Source of the DNA: Octopus sinensis
Lineage: Eukaryota
Length of the DNA: 64,000 bases
Reading direction: 5' to 3'
Assembly (NCBI RefSeq): GCF_006345805.1
Contig: NC_042998.1
Location: 175,956,001 to 176,020,000, forward strand
Made by a program: the position numbers and the translations under genes
Shown here: piece by piece, positions 40,364-53,665 of the stretch
How the letters are laid out: every line of letters starts with the position of its first letter
Position numbering within the stretch: the stretch's first letter is position 1
Notes under the pieces: generated by a model
Told to the model about the DNA's origin: nothing
Seen by the model: the letters and a program-made list of their open reading frames with translations, nothing else
Databases searched by the model: none

Positions 40364-41252
40364 CAGGGAAGAAGCTGTCACGCTCTCATTTAGAAACTAA
40401 ATCTTCTCATATCACAGCTTAGAAAATACGAACATATTTGGAGAGTGTTGTCCTAAGGGTACTGTGCTCAAAAATAAATAGACAAACAAAAATAACGTGG
40501 CATAATGACGGGAATGTTTTTGCCAATTTAAATGGCATCCAATCTGATGTGATTGTGGGTAGTCATGATAATTTGAGAATGCCTAATACGTCAAACTAAG
40601 TCCTTTATTTGACCCTTTGCCTGTCTCATTTATCATATGAGACACAAAGTACATACATCCTTAGCGTCTATAGACATTCGCAATTTTACTTTCAACCACC
40701 ATAGTAACTCGGGGCTTGTGAAAGGAAAGCTTATATTATTCAGAACATATGAAACAAGGGCTAACTAAAAGTCTGAAAACAAGTAGGAAGTTTAGCACAT
40801 ATTTATGAAAATGCTTTGGACAGGCAAAGAATTAATTGCAACTTCCGGTGTCTCCTGTAGAAACAGTATTTCCCATCTCGATTGACTTAATGTTACTTAC
40901 CATAACTGACTTGAACAAGCGTTGATCTATTAAATAGTTTAAGCAATATTTCTATAACCATTCGATGTTCTGTAATGAATTATCCCAAAAGAAACTCTTG
41001 AAGGGAAAAGGTGAATTTTGTTCTATTTCCTTGATTATAATTCCATATAATCACGGTTCTATTGGAAAATGAAGTTATCAAAATATTCGATAATTTAGTT
41101 AACTCCTCTGATAAGTGGTTCCGTAATGACAAATTTGCTGTGATTTGGAAGAAAGTATTCTACAGACCAAATTAATTGATTTCAAGTAAAATCGCGGTGA
41201 ATATATATCCAACATTTACATAATAAAAAAATAGAAAGAAAAAGAAATCAAC
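40364..41252 (-). pseudogene. Candidate spliced locus: exon 41252-40901, 128-bp intron, exon 40772-40364 (decayed gene or lncRNA)
   Basis: Acceptor tttgtctttggttctatttttcAG (41253), donor GTAAGT (40900), branch-like gctaaac plus ttcctacttgttttcAG (40773), donor GTGAGT (40363). The first exon reads in one frame with 3 stops. Confidence 0.4.
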
Positions 41253-41367
41253 CTGAAAAATAGAACCAAAGACAAACCCGGTTGCCAGCATGTCTAGATT
41301 TATCCAAAAGATTACCACAACCACCATTGATTATTAAAAATATATCTTAAAAACATTTTCTACATTG

Positions 41368-41452
<85 letters not shown>

Positions 41453-42169
41453 TATATACATACATATATATATATATGTATATATATATATATTTGACTA
41501 CAGATGAATACAGATCAATGAGTCAATATCTAAGTGCGTATGTGTGTGTGAGTATGTGTGCATGTGTGTGTGTTTATGTGCGTGTGAAAATCCGATGTGA
41601 ATTATCAATAAATTATTCTAAACTTCATATTTTGTTGGCCATCATATTGTTTTCAACGATACAGGAATATTAGTTTAGAAATTTATAATTTATTTACATA
41701 AACAATGGAATACATTCTCCCAGAGATAAGCTCAGAAACTAAATGTAAAATATCTAATAAATTATTGGAGCCTGGATTCTATGCTTTCTTATATACATTT
41801 TTATAAAGTTTATTTCTGTAACTGCGTGTAATAAACACGAAGAAAGTTAAGTAATATGGGAATAAGTAAATAACTACACACGCACGCACTCACACACATA
41901 TGTATGATATATGTATGTGTTTACACACACATTTATAAAAAGGAATTAAATTAGCAGATAATTTAGTAAATCTCGGTTGAAATAACTTGGAATTACGCAT
42001 TTAACAATGATCTAATTTCGAGCGATAACATCGACAGCAACACCACCGCCTACAACAATAACAAGAAGAAGAATAGTTCTTTTGGGAGTTTATTTCACAT
42101 AGCTGTTTACAATAGCATCACACTGTAAATATAAGCTGTCGTCCGCCATATTGGTAGACATGGAAAGAT

Positions 42170-42553
42170 TTATAGGAATTTGAAAATAAGATCTGGAATG
42201 AAAAGATATTCCAGATCACGGATAAACATTAATAATATAGAATTATATTCAGTACAGTAATTTAATAGAAATGCACCAAAACGTATGTGAAATATATACA
42301 TATATAGGTAAGCAACGATATTAGTACGAATTTTCTCATATTCCTTATTTAATCTGTTAACATTGTCTGATATATCCCCTATATCACATAATAATCTCCC
42401 GGATGTGTATTGATAAACATGGAGCCATGGATTGCTTGAACAGACGAGACCAGGTTTGATGTGTTTATCTCTACGACAGACAGTCATCTTTAGCTTAGAA
42501 TGCGCGCGCAACTTGTTTACAAATATCCACTTAGCGAACTTTCTATAACGCAT
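42170..42553 (-). other. Non-repetitive 127-codon ORF of unknown function (frame extends to ~42720 across two TAA)
   Basis: ORF track 42170..42553. It is not microsatellite-derived, has a hydrophobic C-terminal half, and shows no recognisable TE motif. Confidence 0.3.
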
Positions 42554-43807
42554 TATAGAAAAATATATCAGACGTTTTTTTTTTTTAATTTTATCAAAGG
42601 ATATTATCTGCCATTGACAAGATTATCTAAATTTGGCATTTGATTCTGTCTTTGAAAATGAATACAAAATCTTAACATTTTGCATTTATATAGCAGCGGC
42701 TTCTAATGTACCTTCACCTGCTTACATGGGTTACATAAAAGAATTCGCATATTTTATAGTTATTGTCATATTCAATCACTACATTAAACCGACATTGACG
42801 TACCGATATAAATACACAAATGCTAGATACATTGTATGTCCGTGCTACATGTGTGTTTGTGCACGTGTTTGTATGTATGGGCGAAGGAGAATGATTGCTT
42901 TTGTGTGTGTGTGTGTGTGTGTGCATGTGTGTGTGTGCGTGTATGTGTGTATGTGTGTGTGTGTACATACGTGTATGTTAGGACTAAAATATTTGTTTAT
43001 AAACCTGGGAATGTTCTCGATCGAAAAAATTTACACGGGTCACGATAGAGCAATATGGCAGACAATAAAAATGAAATAAATGTCTGCTTCAACTGTCAAA
43101 TAAGGGGAGAAAAGATCAATAATACGTTAAGGAAATAATTTACAGTGACACGCTCACATAACATAGCACACAACAGAGAGTACATATACAAAGGAAACAC
43201 ATGCGTACACAGACAAAACCCGTGCACACACACACAAACAAACTAACGCGACTATACACACGAAATACAACTACAAGAATACAGATATTTTCTTTTTAGA
43301 TATAAACTAACTAGATCAAATAACTAGAAACGGTAGCCAATGAATGTTAGAGATCTCAGACAAATATGATTCATTGCTACATATTTAAATTTCATAATAA
43401 AACAACTGCTGGAAAGATCGAAATACAAAATATAACTATTGCCATAATCCTCAGTAAAGGAAATATAGTGATTCCATTTTATTTAGCATTTACATAATTT
43501 TTATTAGAGAGTAAAATTGAATTCATTGCAAAAATATGTTACACAGTTCATAAACAATATCATCAAATTTACTTGAATATACACTAAAAGAGACACAGGT
43601 CATTGCATCGACCCAAGTATATTATTGGCTCCTATTTTTTTTCTGGCAAACTCAATTACAGAGAGATTATTTATTTTGCATGTATTAGTCTGAGGAAGGA
43701 AAGGCGGGACCTGTTTTCTAGCTTAGTATAGATTCAGAACAACGAGGTATCAAGCAAGCTGTCTTAAAATACGTTGATCAGCTCTTATAATTGTCATTTA
43801 AATACAT

Positions 43808-43915
<108 letters not shown>

Positions 43916-43984
43916 CGAGTGCGTGTTTGTGTGTGTGTGTGTCTCTTCTTTTTTTTTTAGTTATTATGAATCTTCCACTGAGGA

Positions 43985-44760
43985 GGGAGCCGGTTTCCAA
44001 CACAGATACAAGGGATGTAGTTAACACAGACAAATTCACATTTGGAACTTGAGAAAAGTCTTGCATATTTTTACTGTTCCACTCACAGATTGCACTTGTA
44101 AAGTACGAATTAGCCGGTCAATTTCTTTTTCTGAATATCTCAGTTTGTCTAGACTCTCCTTTAAGCATTTACTAACAAAATCTAGTACTCCAACTATTAT
44201 TGGTATGAATATGAATTCAAAGTCTGGATATAGAAGCTGGAGGTTTCGAAGCAGTTGTCCATAGATTTCCTCTTTTTCTTTGATTTTCAAGGGATATTTA
44301 TAATAGCAAGGCAGCTGACCTCTATGACGGTACATACCTTTGCTCCTCTGTTCCAAACAACAACACCCGGCATGTTATGTTTACATTTGACGGAAATTTA
44401 GATGGGGATATTCCACCAGTTTTCCTTCAGTTGGTGTTTATGAATGTATTCCATAACAGAGAGATTTTCTTTCTAAGTTTATTTCAGGATTGTCTTTTTT
44501 CCGGGTGGTACTGTAAATTGTTTTAGCAACAACATCGTGCTGCATAAGGAGGTAGTACCGTGACGACATTTTAGGACAAGTGCTAATCACATGCGAGATG
44601 TCTTCCATAGAGATATGACATAGCCTATACATGCAGTTGCACCTTGTTCTCCAGGTACTTTGTGGCAATCTCCTGTTCCTGGATTGCAAACGCATAACCT
44701 TCATAAGATTTTCAGAAAAAAATATACTCGTGTGAGTTCCCATTACACTTCACAGGATGT
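43985..44760 (-). mobile_element. R4-clade (RLE) LINE 3' fragment, distinct subfamily
   Basis: Reads CRL-like C..EDISHVISTC (CCHC) and HDVVAK, then KHNMPGVVVW..KVCTVIEVSC..EKEEIYGQL and FIPIIVG (PD..D/E..K nuclease region). Confidence 0.8.
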
Positions 44761-45999
44761 CTTGAACTTTCGAAACAACCGTTAATTAGACAGTGCTTTT
44801 GGCTGACGCTTCTTAATATAGAAACGTAGATCAAACTCATGAGATCTATTTACAGTTTAGTAGATTGAGTATATATATGCCAATCAACTCCTGACTATGC
44901 CGGTGACATACTTTGAACTTTTAGACTTTTCCGCTTTGTTAACCCATCCATATGTTCTAATTCTATTCTAAATTGTCCTACAATAGTCTTATTACGGCTA
45001 CTAGAAGCGTAGACAGTTTGTGGTATATTTTATCGATTAGTTGAATTAATTGACGTATCTTGCGACAACTTCTTCATATTCTAGTAAAAATATAGCGTTT
45101 TTTAAAATTTTTTTGCATTATAAGCTTCAGTTAAAATTATAGAAGGTTCGGGGTTTGAACAAGCCAAATTCATTTATCAGGACTGGAGGTCAAACGAATT
45201 CCTGCAAAAGGTTATGGTAAATAGATAATCTAGAAAGTAGGGTTTCGAACTTCAGTTTAGATGTTATAGTTTCTTCCGACTCTGACATTTCAAAATATGC
45301 ACTAAGACAAATATAGATATTTGTATGCTTATAAACTTACAAACCTAAAAATTGTATTCTATTTTCTGAAACTGGAAACACATCGATCTTTAGCGACAGT
45401 AAAAGAAATTAAACATGACAAACAACTATAAATAGAGCAAAAGTTCATAAGTGTGTTCACTAATATCAACGTGAAAGCTAAGAAAATATACTCTGAAATT
45501 CTGTGCTATTTTGGAACGGGAAATATGTCACGGATTTGTCGACAATACCAATGTGATTCCTGAATGATTAAAAAGAAAATTGCTTATTTTCTATATATGC
45601 TTCATAATGTATATATAGCCTTTACCAGTATATGTTGTATCTAAGATAGACAATCATATTCACGTAAACGTTACTGACTCGGCCAGGATTATTGTTTTGC
45701 AACAAAAAGTCAACTATTATTTTTGATGCAAAGAAATAAAATCTTGAATTAAATATGATATCTATGGAAACAATATATGTCATGATTTCTGATATAGGCA
45801 CGAGACCATAAAATAGGTGGAAGCGATTTGGACAGCTTCAATGCTTCACTGCTTCTCTATTTTAGTAATCACGGGTGTTTGAACGGTACCGGTATGACTT
45901 AAATTTAGAAAGTGAACAGATATAACGAAATATTTCAAGTTCAGGACTATACTGTTACTTTCATTCCACTGTAATAGCTATTATTTCTAATTTTAGCAT

Positions 46000-46178
46000 A
46001 AAGCCACCAGTTAGGAGGGGAGGTTGAAAATCGATTACATCGACCCCCCGGTACCATATTTTACTGACATTGAGGCAAAGTTGACTTCGACAAGTTTTGA
46101 ACTCAGAACTTAAAGAACTGAAAGAAATGACACCAAGCATTTCGTCCGACGCCTTGTTCACTAACGATTCTGCCAACT

Positions 46179-46190
<12 letters not shown>
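46000..46190 (-). mobile_element. SINE family A (degenerate) abutting (TAA)n
   Basis: tttgaactcagaac...aacgattctgccaact matches family A. Confidence 0.7.
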
Positions 46191-46232
<42 letters not shown>

Positions 46233-46236
<4 letters not shown>

Positions 46237-47809
46237 CTAGATATGAAATTTGGATTAGAAAAATGCGCCAAAGTAACCATGAAAAGAGGAAAACTAGTTA
46301 AGAGTAACAACATCACACTAGATAAAACCAATAAAATAAAAGAATTAGACCAAAGCCAAACTTACAAATACTTAGGAATCCATGAACTAGATAAGACACA
46401 ACACACACAAATGAAAGAGAAAATAAAAAAAGAATATTATAGACGAGTTAGATCAATACTAAAAACAGAGCTCAATGCTAAAAACAAGATAATAGGTATC
46501 AACACTTTAGCTGTCCCAGTTATAAGTTACAGCTACAATATCCTTAACTGGACACGAAATGAACTGTCCAAAATAGATAGGAAAACAAGAAAAATACTGA
46601 CAGGATCTAGGATGCATCACCCAAAATCTGACATAGAAAGACTATATATACAACGTATAGAAGGTGGTAGAGGCCTTATACAGCTGGAAAACTACTATAA
46701 AATAACCACCATAGGACTGCAAAAATACCTACTTCAGAAGGAAGGAAAACTGATCCAGATAGCAGCAAAACACGAGCAAAACAAAAAACTGTTCTCAGTA
46801 TTTAAGGAAGCTGACAAATACAAACAAGAAATCATACCACCTAATAAACAGAAAGAAGAAGAAGAAGATGATGAAGAACAACAAAAGCTATAAAACAAAT
46901 GAAATCCAAACTAAAAATAGAACAGCAACGAGCCATGATAAAACGATGGCAAGAAAAGCCCCTTCATGGTAAATACTGCACTAAACTAAACGCAAAAGAA
47001 ATAGACAAAGAAAAATCCCAGCAATGGTTGAGAAGCTCAGGACTCAAAGCAGAAAAAGAGGGATTTTTAATTGCAGCACAAGACCAAAGCCTCCCCACCA
47101 GAAATTACCAAAAACATGTAATGAAAAGAAATATTACAAGTAACTGCAGAATATGTGGAGATGGACAAGAAACAATAAATCATATTATCTCTAGCTGCCC
47201 AGTCCTGGCTAAGAAGGAATATATTCACAGACATGACATAGTTGGAACCTACATACATTGCAAGCTATGCCAACATTATGGAATAACAACAGAAAAAAGA
47301 TGGTATAGGCACACACCAGAAAAGGTCACAGAAAACGAGAAAGCAACCATACTCTGGGATATGCCGATACACACAGATAGAGAAATTAAGGCCAACAGAC
47401 CAGATATAGTTGTCAGAGATCATGAAGAAAAAAAAATGCTTTCTAATTGATGTATCAATACCGGCAGATGACAACGTGTCTCTAAAAGAAATGGAGAAAC
47501 TCTCAAAATACAAAGACCTGGAAATAGAGGTAACTAGAATGTGGAACCTGAAAACAGAAACAATTCCTATCATAGTAGGTGCATTAGGCATGATAAAAAA
47601 ATATTCAGACAAATACATAACAAAAACACCAGGACTTACAAACACATATAACATACAGAAAATTGCACTACTAGGCACTGCACACATCCTACGCAGAACA
47701 CTTTCCATACAATAACCATCAGAGCATCACAACAAATCACAGCACATACCCAAGGCACACAGAGCTGCGCTCGGTAGTGAAGTGAAAGCACGCTATAAAA
47801 ATAAAACTA

Positions 47810-47812
<3 letters not shown>
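46233..47812 (+). mobile_element. Dong/R4-type RLE LINE, 5'-truncated, inserted in (TAA)n
   Basis: Reads MKFGLEKCAKV (post-YMDD), CRICGDGQETINHIISSC (CCHC), RHD, KANRPDIVV..FLIDVSIP..EKLSKYKDLEIE and IPIIVGALG. One nonsense (46891-46893) and one A-run frameshift. (TAA)n lies on both sides (46191-46232, 47812-47893). Confidence 0.92.
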
Positions 47813-47874
<62 letters not shown>

Positions 47875-47893
47875 TAATAATAATAATAATAAT

Positions 47894-48545
47894 CCTTTCT
47901 ACTTTAGGCACAAGGCCTGAAATTTGGGGGAGGGGGTGAGTCGATTACATCAATCCCAGTGCGTAACTGATACTTATCTTCTCGACCCCGAAATGACGAA
48001 AGGCAAAATCAACCTTGGCGAAATTTGAACTCAGAACGTGAAGACGGACGACATACCGCCAAGCATTTCGCCCAGCGTGCTAACGATTCTTATTTCTTTA
48101 TTGCCCACGGGTGGCTAAACATAGAGAGGACAAACAAGGACAGACAAAGAGATTAAGACGATTACATCGATCCCAGTGCGTAACTGGTACTTAATTTATC
48201 GACCCCGAAAGGATGAAAGGCAAAATCGACCTCGGCGAAATTTGAACTCAGAACGTGAAGACGGACGACATACCGCTAAGCAATTCGCCCAGCGTGCTAA
48301 CGATTCTGCCGGCTCACCGTCAACAACAACAGTCTCAGGTTTTGGTACGAGTTCCACAATTAGTAGAAGGGGATAAGTCGATTACATCGATCCAATACTT
48401 GACTGGTATTTTTATTTTATCGACTCCAAAAGAATGAAAAGCTAAGAAGATCTCGATGGCATTTGAACTCAGAATGTAAAGGGCTGGAAGAAATAACAGA
48501 AAGCATTCCGTTTAATGCTCTAACGATTCTTCTAGTTCTCAGCCA
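47894..48545 (-). mobile_element. Cluster of three tandem/nested SINE family A copies
   Basis: Repeated gattacatcgaccccagtgcgtaactggtac...tttgaactcagaacg...aacgattctgcc units with two alternative tails. Confidence 0.85.
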
Positions 48546-48888
48546 CCGAAGAGTTAAAAGTTAAAGAATGTACAATGGCCGTATGAAGTTGGACAAAGTT
48601 CTACAAATGTAAACTGGGAAGAAGTGGGACGTTATAACATGAATAAAAATTAAATTTAGCATAAAATGAATATAACAGTTATATAAAATACAGTTATTAA
48701 AACAAGATATAATTCATTTTTGAAAAATAAAATGCATGAAAAACATTTAGATTTAACAGTCCACACATAGGTGGGAAACCACAGGCCATGTTGGGCTGGA
48801 GCACTTTACAACTCTGCCTTCCCGTTGGGTTCTGATGTAACCAAAGGTTTATGATAGCATTTTTTTTAGCAGGGTCGGTAAGGAATAT

Positions 48889-49384
48889 TGTAACGAATAT
48901 TGTAGCGAATTCTGTCGTTCGGTTGTCTACAGTAATTCTCTGAAAATATTTCGCCTACAAATTCGGATAATACTTTGATGTATACCAATAACTACTTTGT
49001 CGTCATTTTCTATCTCCCTTCAGCGAACCCCGTGACGTCTTCCTGAGGTGGAACCTCCTAATATTTCTCTCCGCCTTTTGTCGGGCTTCACTACCCTTTT
49101 TGAAGACTTTTCTTTTACTTATATTTTCAGCGATAGTTTTTTTTTTCTTTTTTTCTTCTTCCTACATCTCCCGCTCACTACAAGAGGGTGTGGATGAGTG
49201 CTGCTGATTGTTACAACTGGCGAACGGAGTGCCTGTTCTCTGACCGGGACCTGGCAAGAGGAAACCTCCTTTGCCTGTTCAGGGGCTGTGACTGATATTT
49301 GCGCTGCTTTCTTCCCGCATTCGCTAGCTCAGTTCTTGGGATACAAAAACCTTTCGGTGATTTTATACTACCTCATATATAACA
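48889..49384 (+). mobile_element. Possible solo/5' LTR (TGTAACG...ACA)
   Basis: About 496 bp with TG...CA ends, followed by ac-tTGGTC (possible PBS start). No matching TSD was found. Confidence 0.3.
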
Positions 49385-50239
49385 ACTTGGTCTTTTAATC
49401 TGCATAATCAGTCCCATTCTCTTTGTTTAGGTGTCCTTAACTGGATAGAATACTTGTACGGCATTGGGAATTTCAGTGGTTATTCGGACATGCAAATCCA
49501 TTCGCCCAGATCACATGCCATCTCTCTTCATCCCTGTGTTAACGAGCCGTTCATACAATACTATATAGCTGATGACCTTACCCCTTTCTGTGAGACAAAG
49601 GTAGATAATTTTTCTCCTTATCTGCTTCTAATTGTATTTTTCAAGCAATAAGATGCAATTCCTCTGAACATGATAAACCTCTGTTCTGTTTCGGACTGTG
49701 TACTATACATATTCATGTGTATAACATTGGAGGCAACCGAGGCAGAAGTAATTCCATGTGTAGCTGTCTTGAACGATATTTGTTTGTGTATTCGGTAATG
49801 TTATTATTGTTGTTGCGGCAATAACACTGATACAGTGAGCAAGTTCTCACAATCATCGAAAGACATTTTTTTTTCTTACAACATATAAAAGGTTTTATTT
49901 CTAAAACTTGCGTGAATTGTTGCAATATGGATTTTTACATGTTATTCTGTTTCACAATGGCAGGATGGATTATTGTTGTTTTGTTTTGAGAGGCGTTTCC
50001 TCGACTCGACGCCATTGTGAAAGAAATAAAACCAAAATAAAGTTCGAAATGTCAATAAAAATTTTTGTTTGCGAAGTCAATAAATACAATAAACTTCATT
50101 TTAAAACACCTTTATATGACACAAACAAGTAAAATATTATGCACTTTCTGAAAACAACATTTTTGGGAAAGGTAGAAATGACAAAATTAAAAAAAATAAT
50201 AATAATGAGGAAAAACAACTCGCGTTGATAATCAGAATA

Positions 50240-50695
50240 ATAACAACAACGGCTCCAAATTTTGGTATAAGGCCAATAGTTTTGGTGGGAGGAGTTAATC
50301 GATTACATCGACTCCAGTACTTGACTGGTATTTATTTATCGATCCCAAAGTGATGAAAGGCCAAGTTAGCCTCAATGGGATTTGAAATCAGAACGTAAAC
50401 AGCAGGAAGAAATTCCGAAAAGCAAGTTTTCCGATGTTCTAACAATCCACTCCAAGCAAAATAATAGCAATAATAATGGTTCCAAATTTTAGCACAAGGC
50501 CAGTAATTTCGAGCGAGTGGGTTACTCAGTTTAATCGACTCAATACTCAATTGGTACTTATTTTATCGACTCAAAAGGATGAAAGGCAAAAATCAATCTG
50601 GGCGGAATTTGAACCGAGTACATGAAGACGGACGAAATGCCGTTAAGCACCTTGTCCAGCGTACTAATAATTCTGCCTGCTCACTGCCTTTCAAA
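50240..50695 (-). mobile_element. Two degenerate tandem SINE family A copies
   Basis: Same motif order as family A, separated by (AAT)-like spacers. Confidence 0.7.
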
Positions 50696-50696
50696 C

Positions 50697-50759
<63 letters not shown>

Positions 50760-50765
<6 letters not shown>

Positions 50766-53622
50766 CCCAAAAATTACTGAAAAAATACAATATGAAAACT
50801 ATACTTGATATTGATGCCACCATAGAAACCATCAAACAAAAGGTATCTGCCAAAGCTGCCCGCATAGCGAGGTATGAAAAGCGTGTTAGATTTTTCAAGG
50901 ACAACAACATGTTCAAAAATAACACCAAGAATTTTTACAGGAAGATAGGAAAAACAGCGTTTACTGCAGGGTCTGTACCATCAAAAGAAGAAGTGCAGAG
51001 ATTTTGGAATAAAATCTGGGCAGAAGAAAAAACACACAACGAAAAGGCCCCCTGGATTGACAGAATATCTACAGAACTGGACCCCTTAGAAGAGCAAAAG
51101 TGGGAGGGTGTCAAGGTAGAAGATATAAGATCTGCTCTCAGGAGGTCAAGCAAATGGAAGTCTCCAGGAAAGGATAAAATTCCTAACTTCTGGCTGAATG
51201 CCTTCCCAGAGAGCCATGAACTGCTAACAGAACTGTACAATGATGTTTTGCAACACCCTAGTAGGATGCCTCCTTGGCTAGTTAATGGGTTAACATTCCT
51301 GCTTCCAAAAAGTGAAGAAACAAATGAACCAAAAAACTATAGACCCATAACCTGCTTAACAACTATGTACAAAACACTAACATCTGTCCTGACGGAATAT
51401 ACCTATAGTTTTTTAACAGACAGCAGCATATTCCCTAATGAACAGAAAGGATGTAAACGTGGATCCTACGGCTGTAAAGACCAACTACTCATCAATAAGA
51501 TGATCTTAGAAGATTGTCACAAACGACACAAAAACTTATCAATAGCCTGGATAGACTATAAAAAGGCTTTTGATAGCCTACCACATAGCTGGATTAGGAA
51601 ATGCCTTGAAATGTATAAGATAGCACCAACTCTGCGAAACTTCTTGACTGTAAGTATGAGATCATGGAGAACCACACTAACTCTGAACAGTGACAGTGAA
51701 TCCCTAAATGCTGGTGATGTAAAAATTTCGTGTGGCATTTTCCAGGGTGACTCACTGTCACCACTCCTCTTTTGTTTATCCTTAATACCTCTCTCAAAGC
51801 TGCTCAATGATGCGCAGTACGGGTATAAAATGTTTGATAAAAATATAAATCATCTCGTTTACATGGATGATTTAAAGCTTTTTGCAAAAAATGATCAACA
51901 ACTCAAGGGCTTACTAGCGATAGTCAAACAATTCAGTGACGACATCAGAATGCAATTCGGCCTCGATAAATGTGCAAAGGCTACCTTTATCAAAGGAAAA
52001 ATGACAGAAACATCTAACGTTAACCTTGACCAACAGAATGTCATAAAAGAACTAGACCCAGCGGAGAGCTACAAGTACCTAGGGTAATTGAAGGGAACGG
52101 AATAAGGCATTCAGAGATGAAGGAAAGGATCAGGAGAGAATGCTATCGAAGAGTGAGAGCAATACTCAAGACAGAGCTGAATGCAAGAAACAGGATCGAA
52201 GCAATCAATGCATTAGCTATACCAGTCGTGACTTACAGTTTCAATATTGTTAACTGGTCAATTACTGAAATATGTCAGCTCGACAGAAAAATAAGGAAAC
52301 TGTTGACAATGCATAGAATGCACCACCCTAAGGCAGATACAGAACGACTCTATCTGCCAAGAAAAGAGGGAGGCCGTGGTCTTTTGCAACTGGCAATAAC
52401 AATGAAGATTGCTACAATTGGCCTAGACACCTACCTGAAAAACTCTGAGGACTGGATGCTAAAACTTGTCTCAAAACATGAAAACAAGAAAGCATCATAC
52501 TCAGTCACAAAACAGGCAAAGGAATATCTAAGTGAATTCCGAATACAACCAATTTCGGAATTAGAGATAGATATACAAGAAACAAGCACAGAAAAAGCTA
52601 GGCGCATGAAAACCGTGCAAAAACTGCGGCCTTAGATATTCTGAATAATAAATGGCAAGAAAAACCTCTCTATGGCAAATACCCAAAGAGAGCGAATAAT
52701 GCAGATATCGACAAAGCCCTGACCCATCAATGGCTAATGGCCTCTGGCTTAAAATCTGAAACAGAGGGGTTTATCATAGCAGCTCAAGATCAATGCCTAC
52801 CAACAAGAAACTACCAGGCCAACATATTAAAGATCAGAAGCAGTCCAACGTGTCGTGTATGCAAGCAACAAAATGAAACCATTGACCATGTGGTCTCCAA
52901 GTGCAGTCTTCTAGCGCCTACAGAGTATCTCAACAGGCACGATAGAGCTGCACAATATATTCACTGGGTAATATTCACCTGGATTTGCCCCATGAAAAAA
53001 ACTGGTGGGAACACAAACCACCCCCAGTGCTTGAAAATGACCACATCTCACTCCTCTGGAACTTCACCATTCAAACTGACAGGAAGATAGATGCAAATAG
53101 GCCAGACATCATATTGAAAAACTTCAAACAAAGAACATGCCTCCTCATTGATATGACTGTCCCAATCGATATAAACGTATCTGTCAAGACCTACCAAAAA
53201 CTGAGCAAATATAAAGATCTTGAAATAGAAATCAGCAAAATGTGGAAGCTGAAGACTAAAACAATACCTGTTGTCATAGGTGCCCTGGAATGATAGCAAA
53301 AGGGGCTGATAGCTACCTAACTCAGATACCAGGAAACCCCAAAATGGCAGAAGTTCAAAAGATAGTGCTCATGGGAACTGCTCATATCCTACGCAAAATA
53401 CTCTCTATGTAATCTCAAGGTTTAAAACAAACATAATTTTCGGTTTAAAAAAAAAAAAAAAAATTTTTTTTTTTTTAGACATTCATTAGTACAACATCCC
53501 CACCCCCCAAATATATGGCACACTAGGCATAACAACATGAACTTCCAACCCTGTTGTCTCTTGAGGTCTCTGGGTGAGACTTGGAGCCAACTTGTACAAA
53601 TATAAAGCAAAAGTCAAACATA
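50760..53622 (+). mobile_element. Dong/R4-type RLE LINE (second subfamily), 5'-truncated, complete RT plus RLE, inserted in (TAA)n
   Basis: Reads KSPGKDKI, KNYRPITCL, EQKGC, WIDYKKAFDSLPH, GIFQGDSLSPLLF, YMDDLKLF, CRVCKQQNETIDHVVSKC, RHD and DANRPDIILK..LLIDMTVP. A few stops and frameshifts. (TAA)n at 50697-50758 and 53623-53664. Confidence 0.95.

Positions 53623-53665
<43 letters not shown>

Noticed and set aside
50579-50760. N-terminal extension with poly-Ile on the 502-aa RT ORF
   Set aside because: It is read-through from a SINE remnant and the (TAA)n target tract. The LINE itself begins at ~50760.
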